The position numbers were made by a program, and so were the translations under genes. This document shows positions 10,593 to 21,322 of a stretch of 64,000 nt of DNA, one piece after another; position 1 is the first letter of the stretch, and each line of letters begins with the position of its first letter. The notes beneath the pieces were generated by a model. That model saw nothing but the letters and a program-made list of their open reading frames with translations. It did not search any database and had not been told where the DNA came from. Source of the stretch: Bdellovibrionales bacterium (GTDB taxonomy: Bacteria > Bdellovibrionota > Bdellovibrionia > Bdellovibrionales > JAUICD01); the NCBI GenBank assembly GCA_965262715.1, contig OZ253553.1, forward strand, positions 2,464,001-2,528,000, given 5' to 3'.

Positions 10593-10724
10593 ATTAATCC
10601 CTCCCTAATATTGACACAAAATGTTAAAATGATGATTGCTTACATATTTTCCTTACTCTCCATAAAACAACTTAAACTCAAATCCTTTTATTAAGCTTTT
10701 TATTTAGAAAGTGAGAATATATAC

Positions 10725-10741
10725 AGCAAGATTAATGCCAA
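10725..10741 (-). promoter_or_regulatory. Putative sigma-54 promoter of the flp operon
   Basis: TTGGCATTAATCTTGCT, GG-N10-GC spacing. Confidence 0.65.
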
Positions 10742-10792
10742 TATTTCCTGCAATCTATGGCACTTTAAGAGTTTGGAGGCACATAAAATGAT

Positions 10793-10820
10793 TGAAATCC
10801 GGATTCGAATCCGGATTTCA
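10793..10820. promoter_or_regulatory. Perfect 28-bp palindrome, candidate activator binding site
   Basis: TGAAATCCGGATTCGAATCCGGATTTCA. Confidence 0.5.
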
Positions 10821-10895
10821 GTCAAATATTTTTGATAAAGACCTCATATAAAAATTTAGATGATTTGTAGGAGATGGAATATATAAGAGACTATT

Positions 10896-12077
10896 TTACT
10901 TCGAGCGGGAACAAAGGGTTTGAACAATGTCTTTTAACTGCTCTACTTTATTTTCTTTCTCCCAAGTGAAGGTATCTTCATCACGGCCAAAATGACCATA
11001 AGCAGATGTTTTTAAATATTTAGGAGATAACAAATCAAATTCTCTTATGATATTAGAAGGTGTTAAATCCCAAAGCTCTGAAATTGCCTTTATAAAAATT
11101 CCCTCACTGATTTTAGATGTACCAAAGGTATTTACCATCAACGCAATAGGCTGAGGCTGCCCAATAATATAAGAAAGCTGTAATAAACACTTATTTGCTA
11201 AGTTAGCTTTGACAATATTTTTTGCAATATGTCTTGCAGCATAAGCCGCAGACCTGTCAACTTTAGAAGGATCTTTTCCGCTAAAAGCACCCCCTCCATG
11301 GGCACCATGTCCTCCATAAGTGTCCACTATAATTTTTCTGCCTGTAAGTCCACAATCACCCATAGGCCCTCCAATCACAAATCGGCCATTAGGGTTTATA
11401 TTATATTTTGTTTTGTCATCTAAGAGCTTAGATGGCAAAGCTTTGAAAATCACTTCCTCCATAATAGCTGATTGAAACTTTTTATGGCTAGGATCTACAT
11501 CAGGGTGGTGCTGTGTGCTCACAACAACACGATCTATCCTCTTTGGAATGCCATTTCTATATTCCACAGTCACCTGACTCTTACTATCAGGCCAAATAAA
11601 ATCAATACGCTTTTCCCTTCTAACCTCATCTAATTTTTGAACTAAATAATGAGCATATTGTATAGAAGCAGGCATCAAACTAGCTGTCTCATTAACTGCA
11701 TAACCAAAAACAAACCCTTGATCGCCAGCACCTAACTCCTTAGTTTCTGTTGCTTGAATTCCATTAGCAATATCCTTGCTTTGCTCATCAATAGATGAAA
11801 TAACAGCACATGTCTTATAATCAAATCCCATTTCCGCATCTACATACCCAATATTTTTGATCGTATTTCTTACAATATGAGGAATGTCCAAATGCGCTCG
11901 AGTTGAAATCTCACCAGCAACCACAACCATTCCTGTAGTGATAAGAGACTCACAAGCTACACGACCAGTTATATCTTGAGTTAAAACCTCATCTAAAACA
12001 GCATCACTTAACTGATCAGCAATTTTATCAGGATGTCCTCTAGATACTGACTCACTTGTAAACAAACCATCCTGCAT
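10896..12077 (-). CDS. metK: S-adenosylmethionine synthetase
   Basis: [28 protein letters not shown] motifs; start at ATG 12077 after GGAG. Confidence 0.98.
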   Translation of the reverse strand: MQDGLFTSESVSRGHPDKIADQLSDAVLDEVLTQDITGRVACESLITTGMVVVAGEISTRAHLDIPHIVRNTIKNIGYVDAEMGFDYKTCAVISSIDEQSKDIANGIQATETKELGAGDQGFVFGYAVNETASLMPASIQYAHYLVQKLDEVRREKRIDFIWPDSKSQVTVEYRNGIPKRIDRVVVSTQHHPDVDPSHKKFQSAIMEEVIFKALPSKLLDDKTKYNINPNGRFVIGGPMGDCGLTGRKIIVDTYGGHGAHGGGAFSGKDPSKVDRSAAYAARHIAKNIVKANLANKCLLQLSYIIGQPQPIALMVNTFGTSKISEGIFIKAISELWDLTPSNIIREFDLLSPKYLKTSAYGHFGRDEDTFTWEKENKVEQLKDIVQTLCSRSK

Positions 12078-12174
12078 GAGACGCTCCAAAATGTGTCTAT
12101 AAGTTTTTAAGATACTTAAGATTGAGACTATAAAGAAATACAAAGATACGTCAATTATTTTTATACAAAATAAT

Positions 12175-12413
12175 GGTTTTGTTGCACAAATATTGACTCT
12201 ATTACATTGGGTTGTACCATTAGCGTCTTTGAGCAGGCTTGTGAGCTAGCTCAGGCCAGAGCATTATGAGAGGTAAAGATTTTAAAAGAATTTTTATTCT
12301 ATAATTAATTATAAAAATAATGGAAACTCATTGCTCGGGGGCTGCCTGCTGCTAGTGAAGAAGCTTGCCTAAAGACGCTACTTAATACATGCAAATATTT
12401 GTGCAACAAGGCC
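12175..12413. mobile_element. MITE-like element with IS903/IS5-like TIRs enclosing a family II hairpin
   Basis: GGTTTTGTTGCACAAATATT ... AATATTTGTGCAACAAGGCC inverted ends. Confidence 0.75.
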
Positions 12414-12462
12414 CAAAATAATAATAAGCTCTCACTAAGAATTTATAAAAAATCAAAAGCTA

Positions 12463-12807
12463 TTACAAATCACTAGATGCTTGCTGCTTTATTTTGTAAG
12501 GTCTACGAGCTTGAGATTGACGAGATTGAACAACAATGCCTCGTTTTTTAACAATTTGCCTACATATTTTACTGACGACTGATTTTATGGCCTGCTTAAC
12601 TTGCTTATGATGAGATTGCGCTAAATAGCTGACTCTGGCACCCTTCAAATGCCATTGCACATGATAGGAGTTGTTTTCAAAACGAATACCAATAACAGCT
12701 TGGCACCTTCTCCTTTCTAGGGTTTTGATTTTTACAAAATGAGATTCAATATATTGTAAAGTCTTTAGATTTTGCTTCTTACCTCGGACAGAACAAACAT
12801 AATTCAT
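12463..12807 (-). CDS. HPF/RaiA-like ribosome-associated protein (divergent)
   Basis: Size and pattern (LQYIESHFVKI...AIKSVVSKICRQIVK); basic. Confidence 0.55.
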   Translation of the reverse strand: MNYVCSVRGKKQNLKTLQYIESHFVKIKTLERRRCQAVIGIRFENNSYHVQWHLKGARVSYLAQSHHKQVKQAIKSVVSKICRQIVKKRGIVVQSRQSQARRPYKIKQQASSDL

Positions 12808-12979
12808 ATAAGTTCCTCACTTTTAATAAAATTTCAATATAACCTTTATCGGACAGAACACGATCATAATCCAGTGATATTTTGTTAAGTTAAGTATAAA
12901 AAATATTTATATTTTATGATTTTGGAAGTATAAACAATAATTTAAAACACCTAACTCATTAAAATTTATTTTACATATT

Positions 12980-13618
12980 TTATGCATGCCCTAAAACATA
13001 TCCAATTAAAACAACCAATATCCAGCCAAAGACTGATACACCAACATAAGTGTTCCAACGTTTTTTCGATATAAAACCTGCTTCATCTATAACAATCCAT
13101 ATAACCAATGCACATCCTGCACAGATGCCAAAGGGAAACGCTAAACCCATCGTTACAGGAAAGGCAAATATACCTACAAAAAGCCCTGCAAGGATAGGTT
13201 CTAAAACTCCTGTAAAAAAAGTACACGGTGGATTCCAACATGTAGATGATCCATCCATTAGATACAATGACAAAGCAATACTAAATAATAAGCCAAAACT
13301 TAATATAAAAGAAAGTGTAAAAGCGCTTAATGCTGCTGCCTCAGGTATAGTATATAAATTTCTACGTATATTCTGTTGAATCAAAGCGATACTGCCAGGG
13401 ACTGCTGTGATCAAAAATACTACGGTTAAAACTGAAACTATGAGCCAGGCCTCTTTGAGTACTGGTAAACTCATCCACATACCAAGCACGGCAATAAATT
13501 CAAAAACAAAAAATAAAATCCAACTAATGATGACAACTCGACCTATTTTCTTCCAACATAATTTATCTAGAAGGTCGATATTCCTAAAAGACTCTAAGAA
13601 ACCAATAAAATAGCTCAT
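12980..13618 (-). CDS. Hypothetical integral membrane protein
   Basis: Several hydrophobic helices. Confidence 0.7.
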   Translation of the reverse strand: MSYFIGFLESFRNIDLLDKLCWKKIGRVVIISWILFFVFEFIAVLGMWMSLPVLKEAWLIVSVLTVVFLITAVPGSIALIQQNIRRNLYTIPEAAALSAFTLSFILSFGLLFSIALSLYLMDGSSTCWNPPCTFFTGVLEPILAGLFVGIFAFPVTMGLAFPFGICAGCALVIWIVIDEAGFISKKRWNTYVGVSVFGWILVVLIGYVLGHA

Positions 13619-13702
13619 TACCTTATCCTTTTACTAAAAGTAAAACCTATTTATATCTTTATTTATCGGTTTATAATTTGGTTTAAAGCATCAAATCATT
13701 GC

Positions 13703-14884
13703 TCAAAAGATTTTTTCCCTGTGTTGAGTTTGCTTATAAGTTGAAGCAGGTTTAAAATTTATTTCCTTTTCTGTTTCTTTAGGGACTCTTATAAGGTTAG
13801 ATCTAATACTAGTGAGCAGCTCATAACAAGTCATGTCTAACTTGCCTGCTTGTTCTTCAATAGGTAAATAAACTTTCTGACTCAGGCCAAAGATAACCAC
13901 TTTTGTTCCTATTTGCACGTTGACCTTTATATCTGTAAGATCTACTAGACAGCAATTCATGCGGATCACTCCAATTTGTGGCACTTTTTGACCTTCAATT
14001 AAAAAATACATCTGCTGATGGTTCAAATGCCTTTTTAAACCATCAGAATAGCCTACAGGAATTAGCCCAATAATAGATAGTCTTTTTGCTGTCCACTCAT
14101 GTCCATAAGAAACAGACATACCCTTCTCTATTTTTCTAATAGTGATGAGCTTTGTCTCAAAACTCATCACAGGCTTCAAGTCTATAGATACATCTTTGTG
14201 AGTTGAGGGCTTAACTCCATAAAGAGCAATGCCTGGCCTTGCTCCTATGCCAATATCACCTTCCAATAAAAGACATGCGCTATTTTGATAATGATAGTTT
14301 TGGTGACCAAATACCTTTTGTACTTTTGAAAATTCTTTTTGTTGCAAAAAAGTACATCCACCTTCTAATCCTGCATCATAAGATTTTGCAAGATGAGTGG
14401 ATATACCTTTAAGATGTAAATAAGGGTTTTGACTTAACTGATTTTTAATAAATGCAGCCTCGCAAGTCAAAAAACCATAACAATGCAGCCCTGTATTGAA
14501 CTTTAGATGTATATCTAAATGTTTATGAACGTTTTTAAACTTAAAAAAATCCGACATTTGACCAATAACAGGAGTTAACCGGCTATCAAAACATGCCTGA
14601 ATTTCATCATAACTATAATCAGCAGTGAATATCAAAATGGGTATGTCTCTTTTTAACAAAGATCTAACATAAACACCTTCTTCGACAGAAGACACTACAA
14701 AACCATCTACGTCCTCTCTTTCTAATACGGGAACAACAACAGACAAATCATGTCCATAAGCATCAGTCTTAACAACAGGATAAAAAAAATGAGGTCCCAG
14801 ATGTTTTTTTAAAACTCTTACATTATGTCCTAAATGAGATAAGTTGATATGAACTTGTGTCTTTTCAGAATCAAAATATCTCAT
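13703..14884 (-). CDS. alr: Alanine racemase family protein
   Basis: VVKTDAYGH (PLP Lys), RPGIALYG, VSYG, GYSDG; likely start ATG 14884. Confidence 0.85.
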   Translation of the reverse strand: MRYFDSEKTQVHINLSHLGHNVRVLKKHLGPHFFYPVVKTDAYGHDLSVVVPVLEREDVDGFVVSSVEEGVYVRSLLKRDIPILIFTADYSYDEIQACFDSRLTPVIGQMSDFFKFKNVHKHLDIHLKFNTGLHCYGFLTCEAAFIKNQLSQNPYLHLKGISTHLAKSYDAGLEGGCTFLQQKEFSKVQKVFGHQNYHYQNSACLLLEGDIGIGARPGIALYGVKPSTHKDVSIDLKPVMSFETKLITIRKIEKGMSVSYGHEWTAKRLSIIGLIPVGYSDGLKRHLNHQQMYFLIEGQKVPQIGVIRMNCCLVDLTDIKVNVQIGTKVVIFGLSQKVYLPIEEQAGKLDMTCYELLTSIRSNLIRVPKETEKEINFKPASTYKQTQHREKIF

Positions 14885-15108
14885 ATTTCCTCTCTCTAAC
14901 AGACCCTCTAAATTTTTATAACAAATAAAATTTGATGCCATTTTATCCGGGATCCGGTAATCAAGTATTCTGGCAAGCAGTTGCCGGCAACTGCTTGCCG
15001 GATTGCCAGTCTGCCTACTTCCCGGAAAAGCAGCTCACTTCTTTACACCAAAAAAACCTTCTTTGAGCATTATACTTAACTGTTAAGGATTGTCTATCTT
15101 TTATCAAA

Positions 15109-17235
15109 TTAGAAAGGGCGGCGGGGGTTCATGGTCTCGCCAGAACTACCATCATTACCTAAACGCAGATCATCTGACATTAGGTATCTTCTAGAGACTA
15201 ATTTCACAGAATAACCCATACGTCCGCCGATCCCACAAGATCCAGGGAGAGATTCTGCTGTTAACGATGATGATGTGAGATCTCCTTCGGTACTACATTT
15301 ACCAAACTGCTCATCAATATTAGGGACCCAGCCCGTCAATAGATGCTTCCAGTCCTTAACAAACCATTTTGCTGCTTCCACTCGCCCTACAGGAGTGTAA
15401 GAAGAAGAAATAATGCCTGGCAACGGCATAGCCTCAGTTGCTCCAGGGTTATTTGCCCAAGCCCATTGGTCAAAGACACCAAAAAGATTAGAGTCATATC
15501 CAATATTGGAATTACCTCCAATATCAAGTGTTGTCCTTCTAAATTCAAGGTCTTCAGTAGAAATATCAGCATGATTCCTATAAAACCGAGGATCAATTGA
15601 ATAATAAGTGATATCAAAAAGATCAGGTGATACTGCCATAATCTCCATAAGACGGGCCTCTGTAAAGGGGTCAGCGCCATTCCGCAACACAAGAGGATCA
15701 TACTTAGGTGAGAGAAAACCCTCCCCATCATGAAAATCCAAATAAGAAAGTTTGTTTGGTGTCAAAGAATCTTTATAAACACGCAAGGCAGCAAAAGATT
15801 TAAGACCATGGGGATCCCCTGGATACCTGGCATAATTTGGGGATGCTGTACCAACATCAAGAGGGTCAGGCAGGCTAAAAGGACTACCTGGATCACTCAC
15901 CGGGGGTAGAGTGTCATCAATCCTTATATCAGCTTTAGATTTACCTGCACCACTTGGCCAAGATTCATACATCCATGGACCTATTTTGCCTCCAAAAGGC
16001 TTAGCAAAAGCTTTTGCTGTCATAGTTAAAACATTGCTGCCTACAAAAGGAGAGAAAGGTTCTTTGGGAGAGGTTTTAACATAAACTCCAGAGTAAACCA
16101 TATACCAAGGATTCTTTTCATAACCAATGATAGTATTTAAATTAAGATCAGGAGGCTCACTATCAGCCGCGGGAGCTCCTGTTGCTTGCTGAGTAGTATA
16201 GTACCTCAAAGGATCTATAATAATTCCCTGTATATGACTATACTCACCTATATTCACAGGCAAAGTAAAATGTGGCCTTGGTATGTAATTACATGAAGTA
16301 CTGCTTCCGACTTTCCAATCAGAATCCGTGTAATAAACGACTGTATAAAGAGGCCTTTCAACAAGCCACTGGTCCCACTCGACACCCTCCATAGAGTTAA
16401 ATAGCTTAAAATCATCATCATCACCATTATCCAACGCCTCTCGATTAGAACGTGTTAAGTTATTTCTAAATGTTTCACGAGCACCAGCTTTAATAGAATT
16501 ATTATGTAAATCAAGGCCATCTCTTAACTTTTCAGCAAGTTCCTTAATGGCTTTTTTTCTATGATAAAGGGCTTTTATATAAGCCCTCAACCATGTGGTA
16601 GCTACAATCCAATTTGTTGTTCCATGTAATATACATATATCTCTCTGCTGTATTAAGCTTGCTACAGCTTCGTCTTTTATAAACTGATTAAAAGCTTGAT
16701 TAAATCCAAAGACTGAAGGTGGCTGAATACCAGAAATGGTGCGAATTGATGTGCTGCATGCATTGCTAGGTCTGTCACCAGGAGAAGGAAGAGGGTAAAG
16801 ATCTCCTAAAAACTCTTTCTCAAGCCAGAAAGAAGCAACTTGGGTACAAACTGAAGGTGCATCCCAGTCCTCGTCACCTTCAACAGCACGATTTGGTGAT
16901 TTGAAAGGATGAGGTAATTGAAAAGGAGCCCCTGACCGATCATTACCAAGGCCAACAGTTCCAAACCCTCTTATACGAAAACTTAGCAGTTTCCAATGCT
17001 GCCTAATTTGATAATTCAAATGCGCAATAGCATTAAGAACCTCAGCCTGTTTTTGAGCGGCATAATAAGCTGCTAGATCTGCTGAAGTTTGCAGATTGAT
17101 CTTATCATGTACCACAAGCCCTATATTAATGGTCATAGCAAAAAAAACAAATAATACAGGAAAAATCAATACCAATAATATAGAAATTTGACCACTTTTT
17201 TGTGAATGAGAAACCTTCCACTGTTTTTTCATCAA
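15109..17235 (-). CDS. Tad/TadG-like pilus-associated protein
   Basis: GQISILL...INIGLVVHDKINLQTSADLAAYYAA N-terminal Tad domain. Confidence 0.8.
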   Translation of the reverse strand: MMKKQWKVSHSQKSGQISILLVLIFPVLFVFFAMTINIGLVVHDKINLQTSADLAAYYAAQKQAEVLNAIAHLNYQIRQHWKLLSFRIRGFGTVGLGNDRSGAPFQLPHPFKSPNRAVEGDEDWDAPSVCTQVASFWLEKEFLGDLYPLPSPGDRPSNACSTSIRTISGIQPPSVFGFNQAFNQFIKDEAVASLIQQRDICILHGTTNWIVATTWLRAYIKALYHRKKAIKELAEKLRDGLDLHNNSIKAGARETFRNNLTRSNREALDNGDDDDFKLFNSMEGVEWDQWLVERPLYTVVYYTDSDWKVGSSTSCNYIPRPHFTLPVNIGEYSHIQGIIIDPLRYYTTQQATGAPAADSEPPDLNLNTIIGYEKNPWYMVYSGVYVKTSPKEPFSPFVGSNVLTMTAKAFAKPFGGKIGPWMYESWPSGAGKSKADIRIDDTLPPVSDPGSPFSLPDPLDVGTASPNYARYPGDPHGLKSFAALRVYKDSLTPNKLSYLDFHDGEGFLSPKYDPLVLRNGADPFTEARLMEIMAVSPDLFDITYYSIDPRFYRNHADISTEDLEFRRTTLDIGGNSNIGYDSNLFGVFDQWAWANNPGATEAMPLPGIISSSYTPVGRVEAAKWFVKDWKHLLTGWVPNIDEQFGKCSTEGDLTSSSLTAESLPGSCGIGGRMGYSVKLVSRRYLMSDDLRLGNDGSSGETMNPRRPF

Positions 17236-17620
17236 TATTCCTAGATACTTTAAGTCAATTCAAACGTCCTAATCCCCTATATATGTAACTATTTCGGTAA
17301 AATAATTCCACAACCTAAGCTCCCTCAAAATAAACTAGCCTCTCGAGGCAAGCCTCTCTCGAGACTTGTTTTTGGCTATTTTTGGGCAGTCAGCTGAAGA
17401 CTCACGTTACGGGATGTGTTCCCTTCTAAGCTTGAGTAAGAAAGTCAACTTCATATCAATAGACCTATTTTTTATCTGTAACTCACTGTATCCAGAATGT
17501 CTCTTCAGTTTCCAAGGTCTGGCTTCTGGATCCCGTTTGCCGGGAATCTTCTGCCGGAATGCCAGATCCCGGATAAATGAAGACGCTTAGATAAGAAAGA
17601 GTATCTTAGTGTATAAAATA

Positions 17621-17786
17621 AAAAGTGTAACCTATGTGTCCAGAACGGACCTTCTGCAACCGGTTCCCAGTGACTGCTTGCCAGATTCCCAGAAAATTAT
17701 TTTAAATACATTCTGGATATATAACACTTTCATTTTCTTATAATAACTCCATTAAGGTCCATTCTGAGATCATAGGTTACACTTTT
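17621..17786. mobile_element. MITE-like element with 33-bp imperfect TIRs
   Basis: AAAAGTGTAACCTATGTGTCCAGAACGGACCTT ... AAGGTCCATTCTGAGATCATAGGTTACACTTTT. Confidence 0.7.
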
Positions 17787-17850
17787 CTTTGAATTTTCAT
17801 GGACATATTGCTCCTTATCTATAAAAATTGACCTTGAAGGACAAAGGCAA

Positions 17851-18771
17851 GTGACTTATTTTTTTCTACAGCGTATTTTCACAACAATACCTATTGTTTT
17901 TGGAGTTGTAACATTTACATTCCTACTCATTCACTTTATCCCAGGAGATCCTGTTGACATAATGCTGGGAGATCAAGCCTCATTAATAGATAGACAAGCA
18001 CTTCAAAAAGAACTAGGTCTTGATAAGCCTATTTTAGAGCAATATATTTCTTTTTTAAGTGGCCTTATCCGTCTCGATTTGGGACGATCTCTCTTAAACC
18101 AAAGACCTGTTATAAATGAGATTTTAAGCACACTGCCTGCAACTATTGAACTGACACTTGCAACTATGTTTTGGACTATTCTTATTGGCATCCCACTAGG
18201 TATGATAGCTGCTGTCAAACAATACTCTTTTATTGATAATATGGTTTTAGTCATAGGACTTCTGGGTATGTCCATACCTCATTTTTGGTTAGGGCCTATG
18301 TTGATTTTATTATTTTCTATCCAATTAGACTTGCTGCCCGTCAGTGAACGAGGCGGATTAGAACACTTGATACTTCCATCGTTAAGTCTTGGACTTGCTC
18401 TTTCAGCTATCCTTATGAGGATGACAAGAGCATCAGTACTGGAAGTGATCAAAAGTGATTATATTCGCACTGCAAAAGCAAAAGGATTATCTCCTTTCTT
18501 TATATATTTTAAACATGCGCTCAGGAATGCTCTTATTCCAATTATCACAATCATTGGATTACAATTTGGCGCTCTCATCACAGGCGCTGTGATCACAGAG
18601 ACAATTTTTGATTGGCCAGGAATTGGCACACTCTTTTATAATAGCATCCAACAACGCAATTACCCATTAGTGCAAGGATGTATTTTATTTATTTCATTAA
18701 GTTATGTGATTGTGAATTTTGCGACAGATATAGTGTATACAATGGTGAATCCTAAAATAAGATTAACATAA
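17851..18771 (+). CDS. dppB: Peptide ABC transporter permease (DppB/OppB)
   Basis: PGDPV, DYIRTAKAKGL, ETIFDWPGIG motifs. Confidence 0.9.
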   Translation: MTYFFLQRIFTTIPIVFGVVTFTFLLIHFIPGDPVDIMLGDQASLIDRQALQKELGLDKPILEQYISFLSGLIRLDLGRSLLNQRPVINEILSTLPATIELTLATMFWTILIGIPLGMIAAVKQYSFIDNMVLVIGLLGMSIPHFWLGPMLILLFSIQLDLLPVSERGGLEHLILPSLSLGLALSAILMRMTRASVLEVIKSDYIRTAKAKGLSPFFIYFKHALRNALIPIITIIGLQFGALITGAVITETIFDWPGIGTLFYNSIQQRNYPLVQGCILFISLSYVIVNFATDIVYTMVNPKIRLT

Positions 18772-18999
18772 TTTTTAATTATAAAGGAATTATTGTATAA
18801 ATATGAGAAGCTATCTTAAAACCTTGAATTTATTATAATAACTACCTCTTCCGGCCTTCTGAAAGTCAGGCAATCCGGCAACAGGCCCAGAAAACTGCCA
18901 TCTAAACTATTGGATTGCCGAATTTCTGGAAATTAAGGAAGCAAGCAGCTTATTTATAGAAATATTTCTACAAAAAACTACTTATAAGTATGGAAACCA

Positions 19000-19842
19000 T
19001 TGATAGTGATAAATAATATTTTTGCAAGAACTCTAAACTATAAATTCACACTTATTTACATAGGGGGAGGAATCATTCTCTTTATGATCATCATTGCTAT
19101 CTTAGCACCTATTATTGCGCCCTATGATCCAAATAATATGTCTTTACAAAATCAATTTGAACCACCATCTATCGCACATCCTTTTGGTTTAGACCAAAAT
19201 GGATCTGATGTCTTTTCTCAGGTTATTTATGGCGCAAGGGTAAGCCTTTTAGTAGCTCTCGTAGTCGTTTCTATTTGTTTAATAATAGGTTTACTAGTTG
19301 GTTGTTTAGCTGGTTTTTTTGGTGGTATTACAGATCAAATTTTTATGCGCATTATTGATATGTTTTGCGCCTTCCCTGGGTTTTTATTAGCTATTTCTCT
19401 TGTAGCTATTTTAGGTCCATCAATTTCAAATCTTATATTGGCAATGAGTTTAACAGGTTGGGCCAGTTATGCTCGATTGATCCGTGGTGAGTTTTTACAT
19501 CTCAAGTCACAGGATTATGTCATTGCATGTGAGGCACTAGGAGGAAGCCCTCTAAGGCAAATTATTTTCCATATCTTACCAAATTTAACAGGGGCTTTAG
19601 TTGTACAATCTAGTTTTTTTATGGCAGGAACAATTATTTCTGAATCTTCTCTGAGCTTTTTGGGCTTAGGAGCGCCTCCCACTACCCCTACATGGGGTAG
19701 TTTGTTAAACGCAGGACGAGTGGTCCTTATAGAAGCTCCACATGTAAGTATTTTTCCTGGTATGGCAATTATCCTGTTGGTTTTAGCGTTCAATCTTTTT
19801 GGAGATGGATTGCGTGATCTTTTAGACCCTCAAAAAAGTTGA
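19000..19842 (+). CDS. dppC: Peptide ABC transporter permease (DppC/OppC)
   Basis: HPFGLD, YGARVSL, LSFLGLG, FNLFGDGLRDLLDP motifs. Confidence 0.9.
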   Translation: MIVINNIFARTLNYKFTLIYIGGGIILFMIIIAILAPIIAPYDPNNMSLQNQFEPPSIAHPFGLDQNGSDVFSQVIYGARVSLLVALVVVSICLIIGLLVGCLAGFFGGITDQIFMRIIDMFCAFPGFLLAISLVAILGPSISNLILAMSLTGWASYARLIRGEFLHLKSQDYVIACEALGGSPLRQIIFHILPNLTGALVVQSSFFMAGTIISESSLSFLGLGAPPTTPTWGSLLNAGRVVLIEAPHVSIFPGMAIILLVLAFNLFGDGLRDLLDPQKS

Positions 19843-19904
19843 ACTTTGAAATAATAAAGTGATTTTGAATTGACTTTTATTCTATTAATTTTATTGTCAT
19901 AATT

Positions 19905-21005
19905 ATGAAAGACCTCAGGCACCTTATCAACCAAACCCTTATTATAGGCATTAAAGGAACATCTTTAACTTCAGAAGAGGCTCAGCTACTTGCAAAAGAA
20001 AATATAGGTGGTGTTATTCTCTTTGATCGCAATATGGAATCACTCAAACAGTTACACAATTTGATCAATCATATCCAAACATTAGCTGTAAAATCTCCTG
20101 GCCAAAAACACGCATTCATAGCCGTTGATATGGAGGGAGGCCGAGTACAAAGACTTAAATCCCCCTTCACCCTATGGCCAACAATGCACCAGCTAGGCCT
20201 GCATAACTCACCCTCTCTTGCTTTTGATTTTGCTTCAACACTAGGTAAAGAAATTAGGTCTGTTGGAATTAATATCAATTTTGCTCCTTGTTTAGATGTA
20301 CTAACTTGCCAGGAAAACCATACAATAGGAGATCGCGCCTTAAGTAACGATACAGAAATTGTAGAACGACTAGGCTCAGCTATCGTTAGAGGTTTTATGA
20401 AAGAAGACATTGTACCTTGTGCGAAGCACTTTCCAGGACACGGGTCTACAAAGATAGACAGCCACTTAGAACTACCTATAGAAGATATTTCTTTAAAAGC
20501 CCTTAAACAAAAACATTTACCGCCTTTCTATAGAGCTTTTAGAACTAAATTGCACCTTTTAATGACAGCTCATATTAAATACCCAAGTATTGATCCTGAC
20601 TGGCCTGCAACTTTATCAGAGAAGATACTTAAAGGAATTGCTCGAGATAAAATGGATTATAGAAATCTTATCATATCCGATGATTTAGATATGAAAGCCT
20701 TAAGAAACCATTGGTCTGTAAAAGATATCGCCGTGCAAGCTACTAAAGCAGGTTGCAATTTACTTCTTTATTGCAATGATTTTGAATCTCCACATATCGC
20801 AGCAGATGCTATTGAAGAGGCTGTTAACAATGACACCATAAATAAAACACGGATTATTCGAAATCATCAAAAAATAACTAAGCTTAAAAGCACCATCCCT
20901 TTTAAAAGATTTAGCTATCAAGAAGTCTTACAAATTGTTGGACAGACAAATTATCAAGTTTTATCTCAATTGATTGCCTCTAATGAAAAAATTAAAAGCC
21001 CTTAG
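19905..21005 (+). CDS. nagZ: Beta-N-acetylhexosaminidase (GH3)
   Basis: VDMEGGRVQRL, KHFPGHGSTKIDSH, SDDLDM motifs. Confidence 0.92.
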   Translation: MKDLRHLINQTLIIGIKGTSLTSEEAQLLAKENIGGVILFDRNMESLKQLHNLINHIQTLAVKSPGQKHAFIAVDMEGGRVQRLKSPFTLWPTMHQLGLHNSPSLAFDFASTLGKEIRSVGININFAPCLDVLTCQENHTIGDRALSNDTEIVERLGSAIVRGFMKEDIVPCAKHFPGHGSTKIDSHLELPIEDISLKALKQKHLPPFYRAFRTKLHLLMTAHIKYPSIDPDWPATLSEKILKGIARDKMDYRNLIISDDLDMKALRNHWSVKDIAVQATKAGCNLLLYCNDFESPHIAADAIEEAVNNDTINKTRIIRNHQKITKLKSTIPFKRFSYQEVLQIVGQTNYQVLSQLIASNEKIKSP

Positions 21006-21061
21006 AATGTGCATAACTCACAGTGGCTTTGTTGCACAAACATATATAGAAAGAAAAATAT

Positions 21062-21258
21062 TTTCCCTAACATTATGTTAAGAATAAGTAGTATCTCCCT
21101 CCTAAAAATAAACAGGTTTTTGAGGTAGTCAGCTTTTTACTGAAGGGGATACATCCCGTAGCGTGAGCCTTCATGCTGACTACCCAAAAACTGCTAGAAG
21201 CTCGCCTCGAGAGGTTCGCCTCGAAGATTCGCCTCGAGAGGTAGGTTTATTTTTAGGG
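21062..21258 (-). repeat. Structured element family I, full length
   Basis: All stems present; three 14-bp units in the first arm. Confidence 0.85.
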
Positions 21259-21322
21259 AAATGAAATAAATGCAATTATTTATTTTTGAGATGGCTTCTA
21301 ATCTTTTTACACTGCAATAATA

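Noticed and set aside
12845..17320. Sigma-28-like CCGA(T/A)A boxes upstream of genes starting at 12807, 13618 and 17235
   Set aside because: The -10 elements are plausible but -35 elements and spacing are inconsistent; too weak without a motif scan
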